Below, in pieces: positions 26,901 to 41,300 of a stretch of 64,000 bases of DNA. Source of the stretch: Tubulanus polymorphus (taxonomy: Eukaryota; Animalia; Nemertea); NCBI RefSeq assembly GCF_964204645.1, contig NC_134027.1:1178001-1242000 (forward strand), read 5' to 3'. The position numbers and the translations under genes were made by a program. Under the pieces are notes generated by a model. That model was given only the letters and a program-made list of their open reading frames with translations, made no database searches and was not told where the DNA came from. Every line of letters starts with the position of its first letter. Position 1 is the first letter of the stretch.

Positions 26901-29847
26901 GGACTTGTTCACGGTAAAATAATAGCTACATTGACGGCAAATTGTGACTGGATAATTTGTGCCGAGTCTATCATCGAGTAATTTAGTTATCAAAGTGGCC
27001 ATATTGTTTTGACAACGGGATCACATGAAATTATCGGTTGCCGAATGACGGTGCCTAGGACGACCTTCACACGAGCGCGATTCTTACGGGATTTTATAAC
27101 CGTATAATCGCACGAAATCACCACCGCCGAAACCGCGTCTTAATTAGAGAAAAATAACGGCAATTATTTTGATTCGCGGTTCGTTAGTGACGAGCTTCAG
27201 GCGTCGGGAGAATTTGTGTCGGAATTGTACGCGGGGTTTTCGATGTTTTTCGAATCTGTTGGCGATTTCACGAAACTCACGACTACTCGCTTAGTTTTGA
27301 AAATGGCAAAATCTAAAATCTGACGCTTTCTCTCAATTCTATCAGCCTTTTTCACAACTAGGAGAACAGTGACGTTCCGAATCAAAGATCTGGGAACCAA
27401 AGAACTGAATCGAAACGTCACTACCCTCTTAGTTTTCAAGAGGTCTCATAGAAATGAATCGAAACATCACTACTCTCTTAGTTTTTCTTCATAATCGTGT
27501 ATTTTTTCCTCAAATCTTCATGGCCTTACGAAAAGCCTCCTTAATCATAATCAATCACTACAAAAATGGTTACTTCAGCGTTGAATTTTGCCCTGTGCGC
27601 TCAGTGACCGCTGACAGATGGTATAACGGTTTACTAAGGGCGTGTGAACAGCACAGCCTCCATCAGGCCCCGGCCGTCCGTGCCATCTTATCTCTATTTT
27701 ATACTATAATAGTTCGATTGATTGGCATATCATCAACTATCCCACATGCCGTTTTCGTAGACTTCATCGACATTGATAAATATACATAATATTTAATTCT
27801 GTCAACTCATCAACGTGTTCTCTATTCATTCTTGCAGTAGTTTTCGTCAAACGCTCCGTCAAACGAGAGACAAAAATACAAGTTTCATCTATACAAACAG
27901 ATATATTCCGTCACTGTATACAAAAAGCATCTGTTTTTCAATTTCTCGCTGATTGACATGTCTCTGTTGAATTTGACGAATTCACAACCGCAATAAAAAA
28001 TCTTAGATATAATAAAAACTTGTCAGATAAAATACGTTCACAGAATTATCTTTTTATCTCATCCACCTTTCAACTTTAAGCTACAAACACTTTGAGATAT
28101 GAATTTGTTTGTTTTGATTAGAATAAAGAGAATCTATTTTACGTAATCCATAAGTCGTAAATATAATTTCAATTTTGAATACAAGGGACCCGAATACGAT
28201 TCAAGCCAGCCAGATGTATTATGAAAATTAAGGCACTGTTCAATTAGTTTGTAAAATTTCTTGCTGTTGTCTGCGATTCTTGAAATGCTAATTTTCAAAT
28301 ATATAACATACAAAGCCTGATCACTTGATCCGATAGCATTAATTCTACCAATAGGAATAAACTGTTATATTGATGAAATATAGGATTTTGATCTGCACAT
28401 AATCCTCTCTACCGACCTTGAAATATTCATTTCATCTCGAATCGAACATAAATTAAGATACGAATGAAATTAGAAAAAAAAAATCAGTGTATTTTTAATT
28501 TCGCGCGCGAATTGTCGCAGTAAATTGCGTAATAATTCTTTTTTCATTGTGAAAACGGATTAAAATTGTTCATTATACGTGACTAAGCATTTCACTATAT
28601 CGAGCGCATTGCCAGATTCAGGAAGTTACGATAATCGCAGATAATCCACTGGATTATCGTTAATGCGTATTATAGAAATGTCAGAAATTATGACACCGAT
28701 TACAAACAGAAGGCCCGGTTATATTTCAGTGATTTACTATATCGTCAAATTTAAGCTGAGAAACTGTGGAACTGGGCCGAAATCCCAATTGCATAGAATG
28801 GATAGAAGTCTAATAGCGTTCTCAGAAACCTTGAGACAAAAACGTTGTTAAATTGGCTATAGAGCCGAGTTGGTGCTAAATCTAATCGCCACGACTGCAA
28901 CCGGGTCCTGGAGTTTTGATTAGTTAAAGTCAGCTCCCGGATGGAATTATTACTAAGCCTACGAAACCAGCCGAATATTTAGTCTATGAAATCAAGCCCC
29001 GGGGTTTGAGTAAGTACGCAATATTTAAAACGGCTCCAGGGATAAAGTATTAATACCGTATTTGGAATTCGGTAAAATTCCCACAGTTTTTCGAAACTAA
29101 AATGCAAAACGCGTGACGATAATTCGAGGACTTAATTCCTTGTTTATACGATTAACTCACGATTAAATCGAATCTCTTCAGGGCGGGGGGGTCGGTTGTT
29201 GATATTCTCAAGGTATTGATGCACTTGGAAATAAAAAAAAAACCTGCTCAAACGCGAGCTATACGCGTTCGATTTGATCACATATCAATTCACTCAAGTG
29301 CCAATTATCTATCGACGATTTTGCAAAGACTCCCGATTCTTTTGTCTATTTGTAACAATAGCATCTCACTAGCGATAAGCTGTCGGGATTGAGTTGAATC
29401 AATTGAAGCATTATGAAGTGCCTCTTTACTGACGCAAGGCCTGCAGCAGTATCATCATATCCGAGACCTAGGGCTCAATGTCTGTAAATTCTCACTGAAT
29501 CGCCACAAATGAAATGTATCCCGAAGCTTCGTGAAATAAAGAGAATGTATTCAAAAAACCGATCTGCTGAAGGGATCCTGAAAACGTGTTTGTATCAATA
29601 AACTCTTTTTACTCATTAGAAAATTAGTTTCATAGATGTTCAGTTACCTGGACTCTCTACCTAACGTTCGAAATACAGATTTCTAGATATCGACACTATC
29701 AAAGTTGGGTGTAAAATTTGAGTCTAATATCAATATTTTTCATGATGAAAACCTTCTTGAATCTAGTTCAATCTTCAACTCACAACTGCTGATAATCTCG
29801 GACGAACGTTGAAAGGAAGATTTGGATTTTTGTGTGTTTGCATTTTG

Positions 29848-30205
29848 GATATATTCTTGAATAAAGAAAGATTTGACTAGATATAAGCACACAGCTTAGA
29901 GTCTTGAAAATATGATACTTGAATCAGCCCTCACCTGATCCTTCCTATTTTCTTCATAAAGGCATGAAAATGTCATGATTATTTTGACTGTAATATCTGA
30001 ATAGATATTTTTCAATAAAGGAAGATTTGACTACATAAGCACATAGGTTAATAAAGTCTTGAAAACATCATATCAACATATTTGGTTTACGATTAAGTCT
30101 GAAGTCCTTGTCAGATTCCTCCAATTTCACCTATTTTCTATTTTTTTGATATGATGAATACCGACAAAGACATAAATGTCATCATATTTCGACTATCTGA
30201 ATAAT
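29848..30205. repeat. Degenerate tandem duplication, 155-200-bp period
   Basis: aataaagraagatttgacta...taagcaca...agtcttgaaaa and aaatgtcat...gact...tatctgaata each occur twice. Confidence 0.6.
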
Positions 30206-31234
30206 ATCGAATCGTTGAGAAATGTTGAATATTTGATACGAAACTTTCTAATCTATCATAGTTCCCTGGCAAACATTTCTCCAAACCCTTCGGTGATATT
30301 TTGAAACACGAGCCAGAGTTCTCTTGTGATATCTACCGCAGATATATCGAGGGAAAATTTTGAGATTCTCAAATGACGTTTGATAACCTCACTGTCACAC
30401 AATCAGGTACCCCTGGCAACTGTATATCTGATGTGTGTAGTGGAAGTGGATTCGGGTTTCGCATCTGTGTTTAGAAACAATCTCAAACTAAAGATTTCGT
30501 CCACTTTTAAACGAGTTACAATTTTATCTACAGGTAACTCTGCTCGAGTGGAGAATCTTGTAGATTCGATACTCTTTCGAGTATACAGTTTCCAATAGGC
30601 ACCTGCAGCTGGTTCAATACCACAGTGTTGTGTGGGTTTAAATCTGACTCAAGAGGTGAACTATCAAATTGAAAATTTTAAGATGACCCTGACTCAGAAT
30701 TGTGCCTAGAGCCGGATGTACCAGTGTCTATGAAGTCCCTTTAAATATTTTCTTTGAAATTTAAATACACATTACTACAATGAGAACTGTCAATTTTGTA
30801 TATTCCGCAATTTCAAGAAATATTTGAAAAGAAATTATTATCATTTTCTTTAAAAATGGCATGCACCAATTTTTCTCAAATTTTGGATCGTTAATCTGCT
30901 CATAGCCAACAGTACCGTATTGTTGGGGTTCGTTGGATTAGCTCAGCCATTTCCTTCACCTTAATTTTTTTGCATTTTATTGAATAGCTTACACATTATT
31001 TTTCAAAACTTTCAATTTGTCAATCATGTTCTTGTTTTTTTTTTTTAAATGATTTTAGCAAACCTGCCCCGGCGCAGGTTTGAATGAAGCTTCACCTTTA
31101 ACGTCTCCGCGAAATTTTTTTTCTGTAATTTTAAGCTCGCCAGATCACTTCGAGTCGGGGTCGCCGGAGCTCTGCTGCAGTCCGACTCGTATCGACACAA
31201 TCCCGCAGTTCAAAAGACCAACAATCCTTACAGT

Positions 31235-31450
31235 TGAGTCACTAAACCAATCAATAACATTCATAATTAATCCACTTAATGTTTATCTTAGGGCAAGAAA
31301 ACATGTAAATCTACTTAGACATCGTTTCCAAGTCGTAGCTCTGTCGACTATTGATCAGTTCGCTAGATACATCTACATCTCTTGACTCTCTCTCTCTCTC
31401 TCCAGCATCTCTCTCCTCTCCCCTCTCTCCCTTCCCCTCTCTCTCCGCAG
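31235..31450 (+). promoter_or_regulatory. Candidate proximal Irx promoter and 5' leader
   Basis: TGAGTCA (AP-1) at 31235, CCAAT at 31247, initiator-like TCAGTT at 31355, then a CT-rich tract, about 0.8 kb upstream of the first coding exon. Confidence 0.4.
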
Positions 31451-32167
31451 TCTCTTCGCATTCAAACGATTCTCGATGATTGCTATGAAGTCTTATCTTT
31501 TTATCTTATTTTCCTGATTATCATTTGTCGTTGAGATTGAGCGTACGTACCAACAGATATAAATAAAAGGGCCTGGTTTGTTTTTGGATGAAAATAAATT
31601 CAAGCATTCCTTTGAACTACATTTCGATCGGCTGACTAGTTTTTGATCTAGTTCAGGTTGTTTAAGATTGTTTTTTTTCGCAGTGTTTGTAAACAAATGA
31701 GACTTACAACAATTTCTCTTCGATTAAACGAAACGTCGACAGATCTTCACTCAAAAACGGTTTCGATCGACGTTCTTTTAAATCGATATCGTGGGATTGT
31801 CTGGTAAAATATTTGTAAACAAACAACGGGTCGCAGGATTCGTCTGGGTAAAAAAAACTAAAAAATATTCTGCTTAATCCATTTTTGTATCTTGTAAAAA
31901 GTTTCTTTATAAACATTAGGTGCGGCGGCAGTTCGAAGGATGAATTTTTCCTTTTTTCATATGAAAGACTTTAAATTTTTTGAAACTATGTTTTAAAATT
32001 TAAACTTCTTCATTTGACTTTACCCGACAATGGAATTTTTCACAATTTTCTCATTAGTCAAATCCGTTATAACACTGGTTTTTTTTTAAATGTCAATGCT
32101 CACTAATTTTCAAAGATTTACTCGTGTGAAATCGATTAGTAAATTGTTTTCCATTTCAATTTTCTAG

Positions 32168-32395
32168 GCCGTCATGTCGACGCCTCGTACTACATGCTGT
32201 GAAGGGGGTCGACCTGTAATGACCGACCCGCACACCGGGCACACCGTGTGCTCGTGTCAGTATAGTTCCAGTTTACTCAGTTATCCGCGAGTTGCCGGTC
32301 TAACTCCAGAGACTATAGGCTACAGTTCGGCAGCCTACGCGACCCAGGGATACAGCGCCTTGAGCGTCGATCCATCTGCGTTCTACTCTCCACTG
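32168..32395 (+). CDS. Irx: Irx coding exon with the N-terminal Cys motif ([32 protein letters not shown]...SAFYSPL)
   Basis: Acceptor ttttctag ends at 32167, ATG at 32174, donor CTG|gtaagt at 32396, phase 0. Confidence 0.9.
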
Positions 32396-35300
32396 GTAAG
32401 TAAGATTTCATCGTTTTTTAATTGTGAATATTTGGTCTCTGAAACTACGGATTCGGTTCCACAAATAGTAAGTTAATAGATAGAAAATCCCACACCAAAT
32501 AATAATGAGTAAGATTTAAAGTAGATTTATTGATTCTACGTTTCGACAATTACCTAAAGAGTCATATTCAGCTGGGATTCTCTATTCATCATCGTTAGAA
32601 AACGGATCAAGTGTTTCATCAATGGTTATCCGCAAATAGTCGCTTGAAGTCGTTTCTGGGCCCAGTTCAACAGCTGGTTTTGGGTTGATATTTGACTCAA
32701 ATTGAGATATTTACAAATGAATCCAGTTTTTTCGTACAAAAGAATTCAACATTTCGATTTACGTGATACATCACTTTTCCCTAAATACCGAGTCCTGGGA
32801 CTGGGCTCGACGATCCTGGTGTACGCACGCATCATTCATAAGTCCTTAATGAATCAATTTCTCCGATACCAAATTTAAGGCACGAACCAATTGTCGCCAG
32901 TTTTTATGACATCATCATCAGATAGACAATATTTTGCAGACAGATACAGAGAGCGTGAGTTGTGTTGCTATGATTTTTATATTCTGTCTCGTATCTCTCG
33001 AACAGCGCTTTCAGTCACTGATTGGTTTCCACTGCGCGAGGAATCCATCTTTTTTGTCTTCTACAAAACGGGGACGATTTCAATTAGTCGCCATGTTTTC
33101 GGTATGTTTTCTATTCACAACGAGGTGTATGGGTACTGATTAATATCGCTAGCGATATCAATTTCTGTCATAAATCTGTCATTTTTCATCGGCGCGTCGC
33201 GTATCGCGCACCGACTTACCGATAGATTATTCAAACCCTCGTAACTGCCTTGATTAAGTTAATTTGTATTCATTACCTGGGCGTAAATACGATATGAACG
33301 CAGTGATTGCCGGCCGTGTTGCGATTATGACATTTTCAACCTATGCTCTCCGCGCGCCTTGCGGGAGAGTCCTCTGCCAAAAATCCAATTTGCGAAATAT
33401 CCGTCCTACCACTGACGATTCGCGACGTCGACGGTTGGAAAATGTTTTTGATTAATCGGCAAAACTGATTGCTCCGTTTTGGTGTCGCTTGGGAGAATGA
33501 ATTTAAGAGGAGAAGTTCACGGAGGGGTTTGTGTTATATGATTAATTGGAAGAAGAGGCCCGCCCCGGATTGACGAAGGCTTAGCGAGGACTAAAGTTTC
33601 TCATCAAGGATTTCTGATTTATCGTCGATGCAGATTCTGAATAAAAACGGTCATTTCCATCAAACGATTTGATATATTCCATATTATTATATTCTCTATA
33701 CTAAAGATATGATTTACTGAAATCATTGATCAACAAAGTGAATTCATTAATTTGATAATTCTCCCTAAAACTAGCGTTGTAGATTGTGGAATTCTGAACG
33801 GCAGGATCATAAGCACCTGGACCCCAGGGGCTGCAGTTGCTCAAAGGTTAGTTAAAGATAAATGCCGTATAGTATCAATGGACTTTTGATTGTCCGTCAC
33901 TATGTCAACTTTCCGCTGGTGAACTCTAGACAACTTTTAGGTAACTGCAGTCTCTGACTTGAACTTAAAGATTGTTCAACTTTTTCTACATATCGCTATA
34001 GATAAAAGATGATCAAAAAGAGTTTAAAGTCGAGACGTTGTGCAGTATCTGACGGAGAGAGTTAATGTGCGCGCACGTATATCAAAAGAAAAAACTGATG
34101 AAAAAGTGCGGATTGGTTTACGATGCGAAAAAGACAAACCCGATAAACAGATAAATAGGGGAAGATAAACAACGAGGAAAGTTCGAATCCCGCATATTTC
34201 TAGCAGACCGTGTCTGCAGTATAGTAGTGTAGCCGCTCTACATCTGGGTTTTTACGGCCTCCGTGAACATGTGCAACCATCGCGTTCGGTTGTAACAAGA
34301 TTACAATCTGTAACAGCAGGTAAATAGCTCTTGGATGGGCAGCTTTAGAAACTCACAGGTGGAATTCAAACCTCGACGCAGCAGCAAGTGCAACAATCAG
34401 TAAGCGTGAAGAGTCCCGGCGTCGCCCCGCAAGTGCAACAGTCGTGGGCGCGAGGAGTCTCGGCGTCGCTCCGCTCTACAGAGAAGTTAATTAGCCGGAA
34501 TGTAATAATAAAGTTGTAAGCGACGGGACTCGAATTGCATTTAATTAGAATGTCGTCATCGTGATTTCAATTAGATGTGGCTGGTATCGATTATAAATCA
34601 GCCGTACGCTGCTTTCCCTCAGTACCAATGTTCAATCACTGTACTGATGTCTAAAGGCTGTATTTCGATTATTTTTACGCCATAACGATAATGTTTATAT
34701 ACACACCGATACGTACTATGCGTTCTGTCGATGTGCACTACGTCATCAATACTGGTGTTTCAAAATAACAATTACATTTCGTGAATTTTGTTTTTTATGT
34801 TGTAATTGAAATACTATATTTGATAACTCTTATTTTATTATCGATAAATTTCAGTAGTTATTGTGCACCATGTCATCAATAAACCGAGGCTGGTGTTATC
34901 TTTTAAGGCGTCAATTAACTTTTAAGTTTAGTTTTCTTGTTCTATCTGCAGTTGATCTTATATGACTGCCTTACATTTAGCGCTCACGATAAAATTATGC
35001 TAATACCAATTAAACCCGTCGTTACAAATCGTTTTATAGCGGATATTCCAAATCAACTCTATCCAAAAAGTCGAACCGATATTCAGCTATTTGAGTTCTT
35101 GTCATCAAGATTTGAATTTTTGAATATCACGCGTATTTTGCCTATAATGGAAATCAGTCGTTACAATTTGTATCTTATAACGGATAAACCTAACTTCGAT
35201 AAGTGATCTAAATCAAGATTTGAATTTTTGAATTTTTTAACGGCTATGCTTAACTGTAATTTGAGACACTTCGGTTGTATCGTGGTCGCTGATGAATGGC

Positions 35301-38300
35301 TGTTATTAGAGACTGGTTTTTCGCCACATAAGGACCTTCGAAGTCTGTATTTACCCGATTGGTTGCTAAGGGTATCTTGTCTCTCATCAACACATTGATC
35401 ACATACAAAGATAGAATCTCAAGCGTCAGACAGACAGAGAGAGAGAGAGAGAGCTTTCTATAAAAGCTTTTGAGATCTGTTTGATTTTTCTTTTCATGGT
35501 CGTGCCTAGCGATCAGAGAGCATCGTTGGGCGCGCGTATCCGTACGTGCTTCAGTCCTGACAATGATACAATTCAATTTAAAGAACAGATTCCCATTTAA
35601 GGACAGTCGGCGGCGGCAGTCCGAGGAAGGGTGAAAATTATTTCGATAGTTGACTGGGTATTTTTTGCGCGCGGGCGCGGCGATAATAGACCTGGTACTC
35701 TATCGAGTCCGTGTGGACGCGTGGCGCGGACGTGCGCCAGAGATGCTAGAGAAATTAGACACCCATTCTGATGTGGGTGGTCTATAAACCAGTCATATTG
35801 TCAGTTGATGAGGATGCTCTGTTATTGTATTTATACCTACCTGGTCGATGGGAATTAAGACAAATCAAAAATGAATTGAGACATCACGAAATAATTGTCT
35901 AATAGAATTGGACAATGAATCGTTATTACGGGAATTGGTTGTCACGTTCAACTGATGTGAAATGCTATTATGGGAAGGTTCCGGAGGGACTTGAAAATTT
36001 GTCATAAAACCAGGCTGAATTAGTTTTGGATCAAATTTCCGTGATAAGTAGCTGATTGTGATGGGATTCCCTGTCGGAGGGTTCCCTGTAACAATCCCAA
36101 ATCGGAGGATTCCCTTTAACAGTCCCTGATTGCGGAGGATTCCCTGTAACAGCCTGGGAGGATTTCATTCTATTTCAATCTACCTCTTTTTACATGCCAT
36201 TCCATTCGTTCAAGTGTCGTTAAAGAGACTCAATAAACCACATCAGCTCCACACACACACAGCGCGCGCATTACCGAGACCTGATCAGTTATTCAAGACA
36301 GAAGTTCACACCGTTATGAGCTTCCCTTTTAACCGCGATCAAGTCCCCTTTAATTTAGAAATCACTGCCACTTTCCACCAGCAGTAATGCAATAAAAGTT
36401 AATTAACTGTCAGCGCTTCGCACAGACCTATTATCTCCTTCATTTCAGACCATCGTCTTCCTATTGAGCGCCAAATGGAGCCCAATCTTCTGCGGCAAAT
36501 ATGCTCAATTCTACATTTCCTCCGCCTTGGCGACATGAGCGGAAAGTAGATATCTGTTAGTCACGCCGGAGAAATTCTTGATAACTCTGTCGTCGTCGTC
36601 TTAATATCTCCGCGTCTCTCTCGCATTCGCTCTTCCCACGCTCTCTCTCTCTCCTCTCTCTCTTTCTCCCGTCTCTGTCGCTGTCGTTTGATAGGCTTTT
36701 TTAATTAACGACCGATTAGTTTTTCCAGGTGCTGCTTACCAGGAAATTTCTCTCTCGATTTCTCTTTTTCAAGTTACACAAATTCTCCCCGACCCTTTCT
36801 CCTCTCTCCCCCTCTTTCTAGTTGGTCTTTCTCTCTATCACTCTTCATCTCTCTCTTTTCTGCCCTTCTCTCTCAAAGATTCTTGAAATAACTTGCTTGA
36901 AATATGTGAAATTGTTGTGTGACTAAATCAACGATTTCCAACGCGTCCAATTTGTGCGCCATAAAAAATAATTGCCTCTCTGTACAAGGACTAAAGCAAA
37001 ATGTGAATGAAAATAAATTGCCCAAAATAAAAAAAGGCAATCTAAGGCATTTTCCTTTACTCAAAAGGGCACTATTCCAAAAGAGACTTATTGTTGCTCT
37101 ATAAATCTAATCGAAAAAGGGCAAATTTCGCCAAAAATCTAAAAAAGGCACAAGCAAATTGAATGTTAAGGCAAATTAAGTGGCATGATACCAATAAATG
37201 AAACTCAAACTCGCTCGCTGGGCATCAATACTGGCCCTTTTCAAGTTGGTGCCCTTTTTTTCACTGTGCTGTAGTCACCGAATGGCCTGGATCCGCACCT
37301 GACATTGCTCCCTGTTCCTCTGCCCCCCTTAACGAAAAATTTCCAAAACTTCTTAATGCAATATCTAGTAGGCAACTCTATAATTTTGGTTCGATGATTA
37401 TTGTTTTCTTGCTATTACAGAGCTCAGCGTACGGATACAAGGAAAGTTCCGATGCATGGAGAGGACTTACTCAACCGACAGCGTATTATCCGTACGATCC
37501 GACAATGTCGGCTTATCCTTACGGGAACAGGTATGTAAAACACATTCCGTTTCAAGAACAACCCGTGCGAGAAGTGGGCGGGGCTCGCGTTTCAGAAATC
37601 CCACTCTATATCAGCCCCCCCCCCCCAAAAAAAAATAAATAAATAACCTTAGAACATTTAATGGTACCTTAGATACATTTTTCACATTCTAAACGCTCTG
37701 AAAACCTTTCTCATTGTATCTATATTTCAACATTTTCCGAGGGGTGCCATCAACCTCCCAACATCCAGCATTCTACTATCGCGTTGTGTGTCGATGTAAC
37801 AGGTTGTATAGTTACACTTTCTCCAAAAATAATGATATGAAAATGAACTAGTTCTAACAGTGGAGACAAACTGAACCTCGCAATCAGCGGATCCTATACG
37901 GTGTTTGTCACCACACAGCACCGGACCGCTCGAGTATTACCACTACTACTGGGATTTAATCTGATAAATTCTCCACACAGCGCGATTGGATTCAGTGAAT
38001 CCAATATGGCAGATTAGATGATTATTCATTCATTCAGTTGTTCGCGTATAGTATTTTTTCGTGTGTGGTTAGTTACCGCGACGATTCGGGCGACAAGTGA
38101 TCGCAGTCGCCAGATTACGAAAATCGAACCACACCGAGAATCGTTTTCTAATATAAGCGATATACACAAGCAGCATCTCGGAGTGAGTAAGGCCATATTT
38201 GAGATGAGAGCGGTGTTAATGTTGTGTTGTGTTACCCTTCGGTGAAAAACAGCAATAGCGACTTGTTTCAGACGGTATTAAACTAATACGGTCCGTGTTC

Positions 38301-41300
38301 GTAAACGTAGCCTCCGGCGCGAGGAAGCGGGGCGGGAGGGAACATGGTACCGAGATTTCTAATCAAAGACCGGTCGTTCTGCGCTCGCTAGGTAGGCCAC
38401 GGAAAGACAGACTTAAGATCAAAATCAACGCTGTCATAATTGGCTCACAGCGTTTATTCATGTCTAGCACCGACATATGAAACATTTCACGCCGAACGCC
38501 TGTTTTTTTTTCCATACCATATCGATCAAACGAATGGAGAAATTAATTAAAATAGGCTTTCGTTAGAACCTGGTATCATGATTTCCGTCACTTTTCTATC
38601 TCGATAGTTATGGCGGTATGGACCTGAATGGAGCCCGACGAAAGAACGCAACTCGCGAAAGTACAAACACGCTGAAAGCCTGGCTCAACGAACATCGTAA
38701 AAATCCCTATCCGACGAAGGGAGAAAAAATAATGTTGGCCATCATCACAAAAATGACGCTAACTCAAGTCTCAACGTGGTTCGCGAACGCCCGGCGCCGG
38801 TTAAAAAAAGAAAATAAAATGACTTGGTCTCCGAGAAATCGTTGCGATGACGACGGTGACAATAAAGGCGATAGCGACGGCGAAGATAACAACAATGATG
38901 AAGATGATAAACCCGGAAGTCTATCACCAGGTGACGATACGACATCTAGCGACACAGGTACGTACTATAACAGCCACGGGTTGTAGGTCACACTTTCCAA
39001 AAAAAAAGATGACGCCTATGTTGCAGTTCTCCTTATGATATATCATTATGGCGCGAACTGATTCTGAAAAGAGTCTGTATAACTTAACATACATCAGGTT
39101 CACTTGAAAATATAAATCCAGTGAATTATCTTGTTCCAAATTATTGGTTTCAATTTGGCTATTTGCATAATTTGAATTGTTCGTGGGTCACATTATTTCT
39201 TTATACCTAACGCCACATTCTCATTATCAATGACAATAGGAATTAATTCATTGATGGTTTTGCTTTTTTTTACCAATTCGAAACATTTGCAAACACGATC
39301 AAACACCACTGAAAAATGCATAATACTTTCTAACGTGCTTTATTATAATCGCGGCTCATATTGGAACGCGTGCTGTCGCTGTTTATTTTCCGTTTATTAC
39401 CCGCAGTTACGGGGCCTATGTTTACCTGAAATAGAAACGAATATACGGAAAAATTGACCCCTCACCGCCCATTGTATTAAACACGCATTTACCGCAACAG
39501 CGCGTAATACGACTCGGATAGGTTCGCGACGACGGTTCCATCAACGCGCGATCAGTCGACCGTGATCGAGACGGCATTCAGCCGCTGCAATCAATTCCAG
39601 CTAGTCTTAAATGAATTGATAACATAAAGGTGGTCATAAGAAAACAATGCGTAAGCGACATTGTTCTTAGGTAAATTATGGCGAACGAAAGCTCGTAGTG
39701 ACGATAATGAAAACAGTGCGAGTCGACTGTTTATGACGTTTTGGCGTGCGCGCACCGCTCATGTACACCGGCACCGGAAGACAGTGCACGACGCAAGGAT
39801 GGAAAACTAATGCAGTTTTATGTTTTTACAGCTTCTTAAATAATTTTACATTATTGCCTGTCATACGCTGTGAATACTTAAGAAACTGTTGTTATTAATT
39901 GAAACAAACGCGTTGGTTGTAAAAACGTGAGCGCGAAGCACGTTACAGAGTTCATAGCCGCGTGACAACCCTTCTTACTGTGTACTGCCACCCGATACCG
40001 GTTACATTGACTGGTCCCCGCTATACCTGAAACATTGACTGGTCCCCGCTATACCAGTTATATTGACTGGTCCCCGCGAAACCGGTAACATTGACTGGTT
40101 CCAGATATACCAGCTACATTGACTGGTTCTCGATATACCGGCTACATTGACTGGTTCCCGATATACCGGTTACATTGACTGGTCCCCGCTATACCGGTAA
40201 CATTGACTGGTTCTCGATATACCGGCTTCATTGACTGGTCCCCGATATACCGGCTACATTGACTGGTCCCCGCTATACCAGTAACATTGACTGGTGCCCG
40301 CTATACCGGTAACATTGACTGGTCCCCGATATACCGGCTACATTGACTGGTCCCCGATATACCGGCTACATTGACTGGTTCCCGCTATACCGGTAACATG
40401 GGCTGGTTCCCGCTACTGGTTCACTCTATGTTATTGAGTTTCTTATGAAATGAATATTGAATTGAATTGAACACCTCGACTGGTGTCCGCTTCATGGCTC
40501 GGAAGAAGATTGACTCAAAATGTGGTATTTGAATTACCATTACTGACACAAGGCTAAAAATTGATCTATTTTTGCAACGGACTATCTTTCTGAAATATTC
40601 ATAACCTTACACTGATGTCGTTTTTTAATCATTTTCTAGGACGATCAATGAATGATAATGATTTATCGAGCGCATTGGGGCCGAGTTGTATGGAACAAAA
40701 ACCGAACCTTACCAAACTCGACGACACGATGACCACCGCACAAATCAAACAAGATAACAGTCCTATGTCGGATTTAAACGCCCGTAACGACTCTGTATTC
40801 GGTGCCGATAGCCCGCACAAGCCCAGAATTTGGTCACTGGCCCATACGGCTACCTCGACTAGCCCACCACCGCCCGGGATGATCGGGGAACCCCGATCCC
40901 CTAACGACGAATTGGATGAAAGTGGTATGGGTATGTTAGGTCAAACAATGGACTCGTACCATCGCTCAGCATCTCTCGTGGGTCTCAGACCCACCGCTCA
41001 TGCCGGATATACAAACATGTCTCCTTCTCAAAATCAGCAACAGCAACAGCAGTACGCTTCAGCGGGATACCCGATGCCTCCCCACAGGACTATGTCTCAA
41101 TCCGGTGGCCAGGTGGCTATTCAACCGCAGTCTCTATCTCCCACTCTGTTGAACAATGGACGTATGACGTCATCGTCGCAATACATGACGAATTTAGGCA
41201 ACTCGATGAATCGCGGTTTTATGACGTCATCGCCGGGATCGTCTGCGGTTCACGCAATGAATCACGGGTATTCGTCGTACGTTCCGTCCCATCAAAATAT

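Noticed and set aside
32090-32167. Upstream ATG extending Irx without splicing
   Set aside because: The frame ends at the TAG of the splice acceptor.
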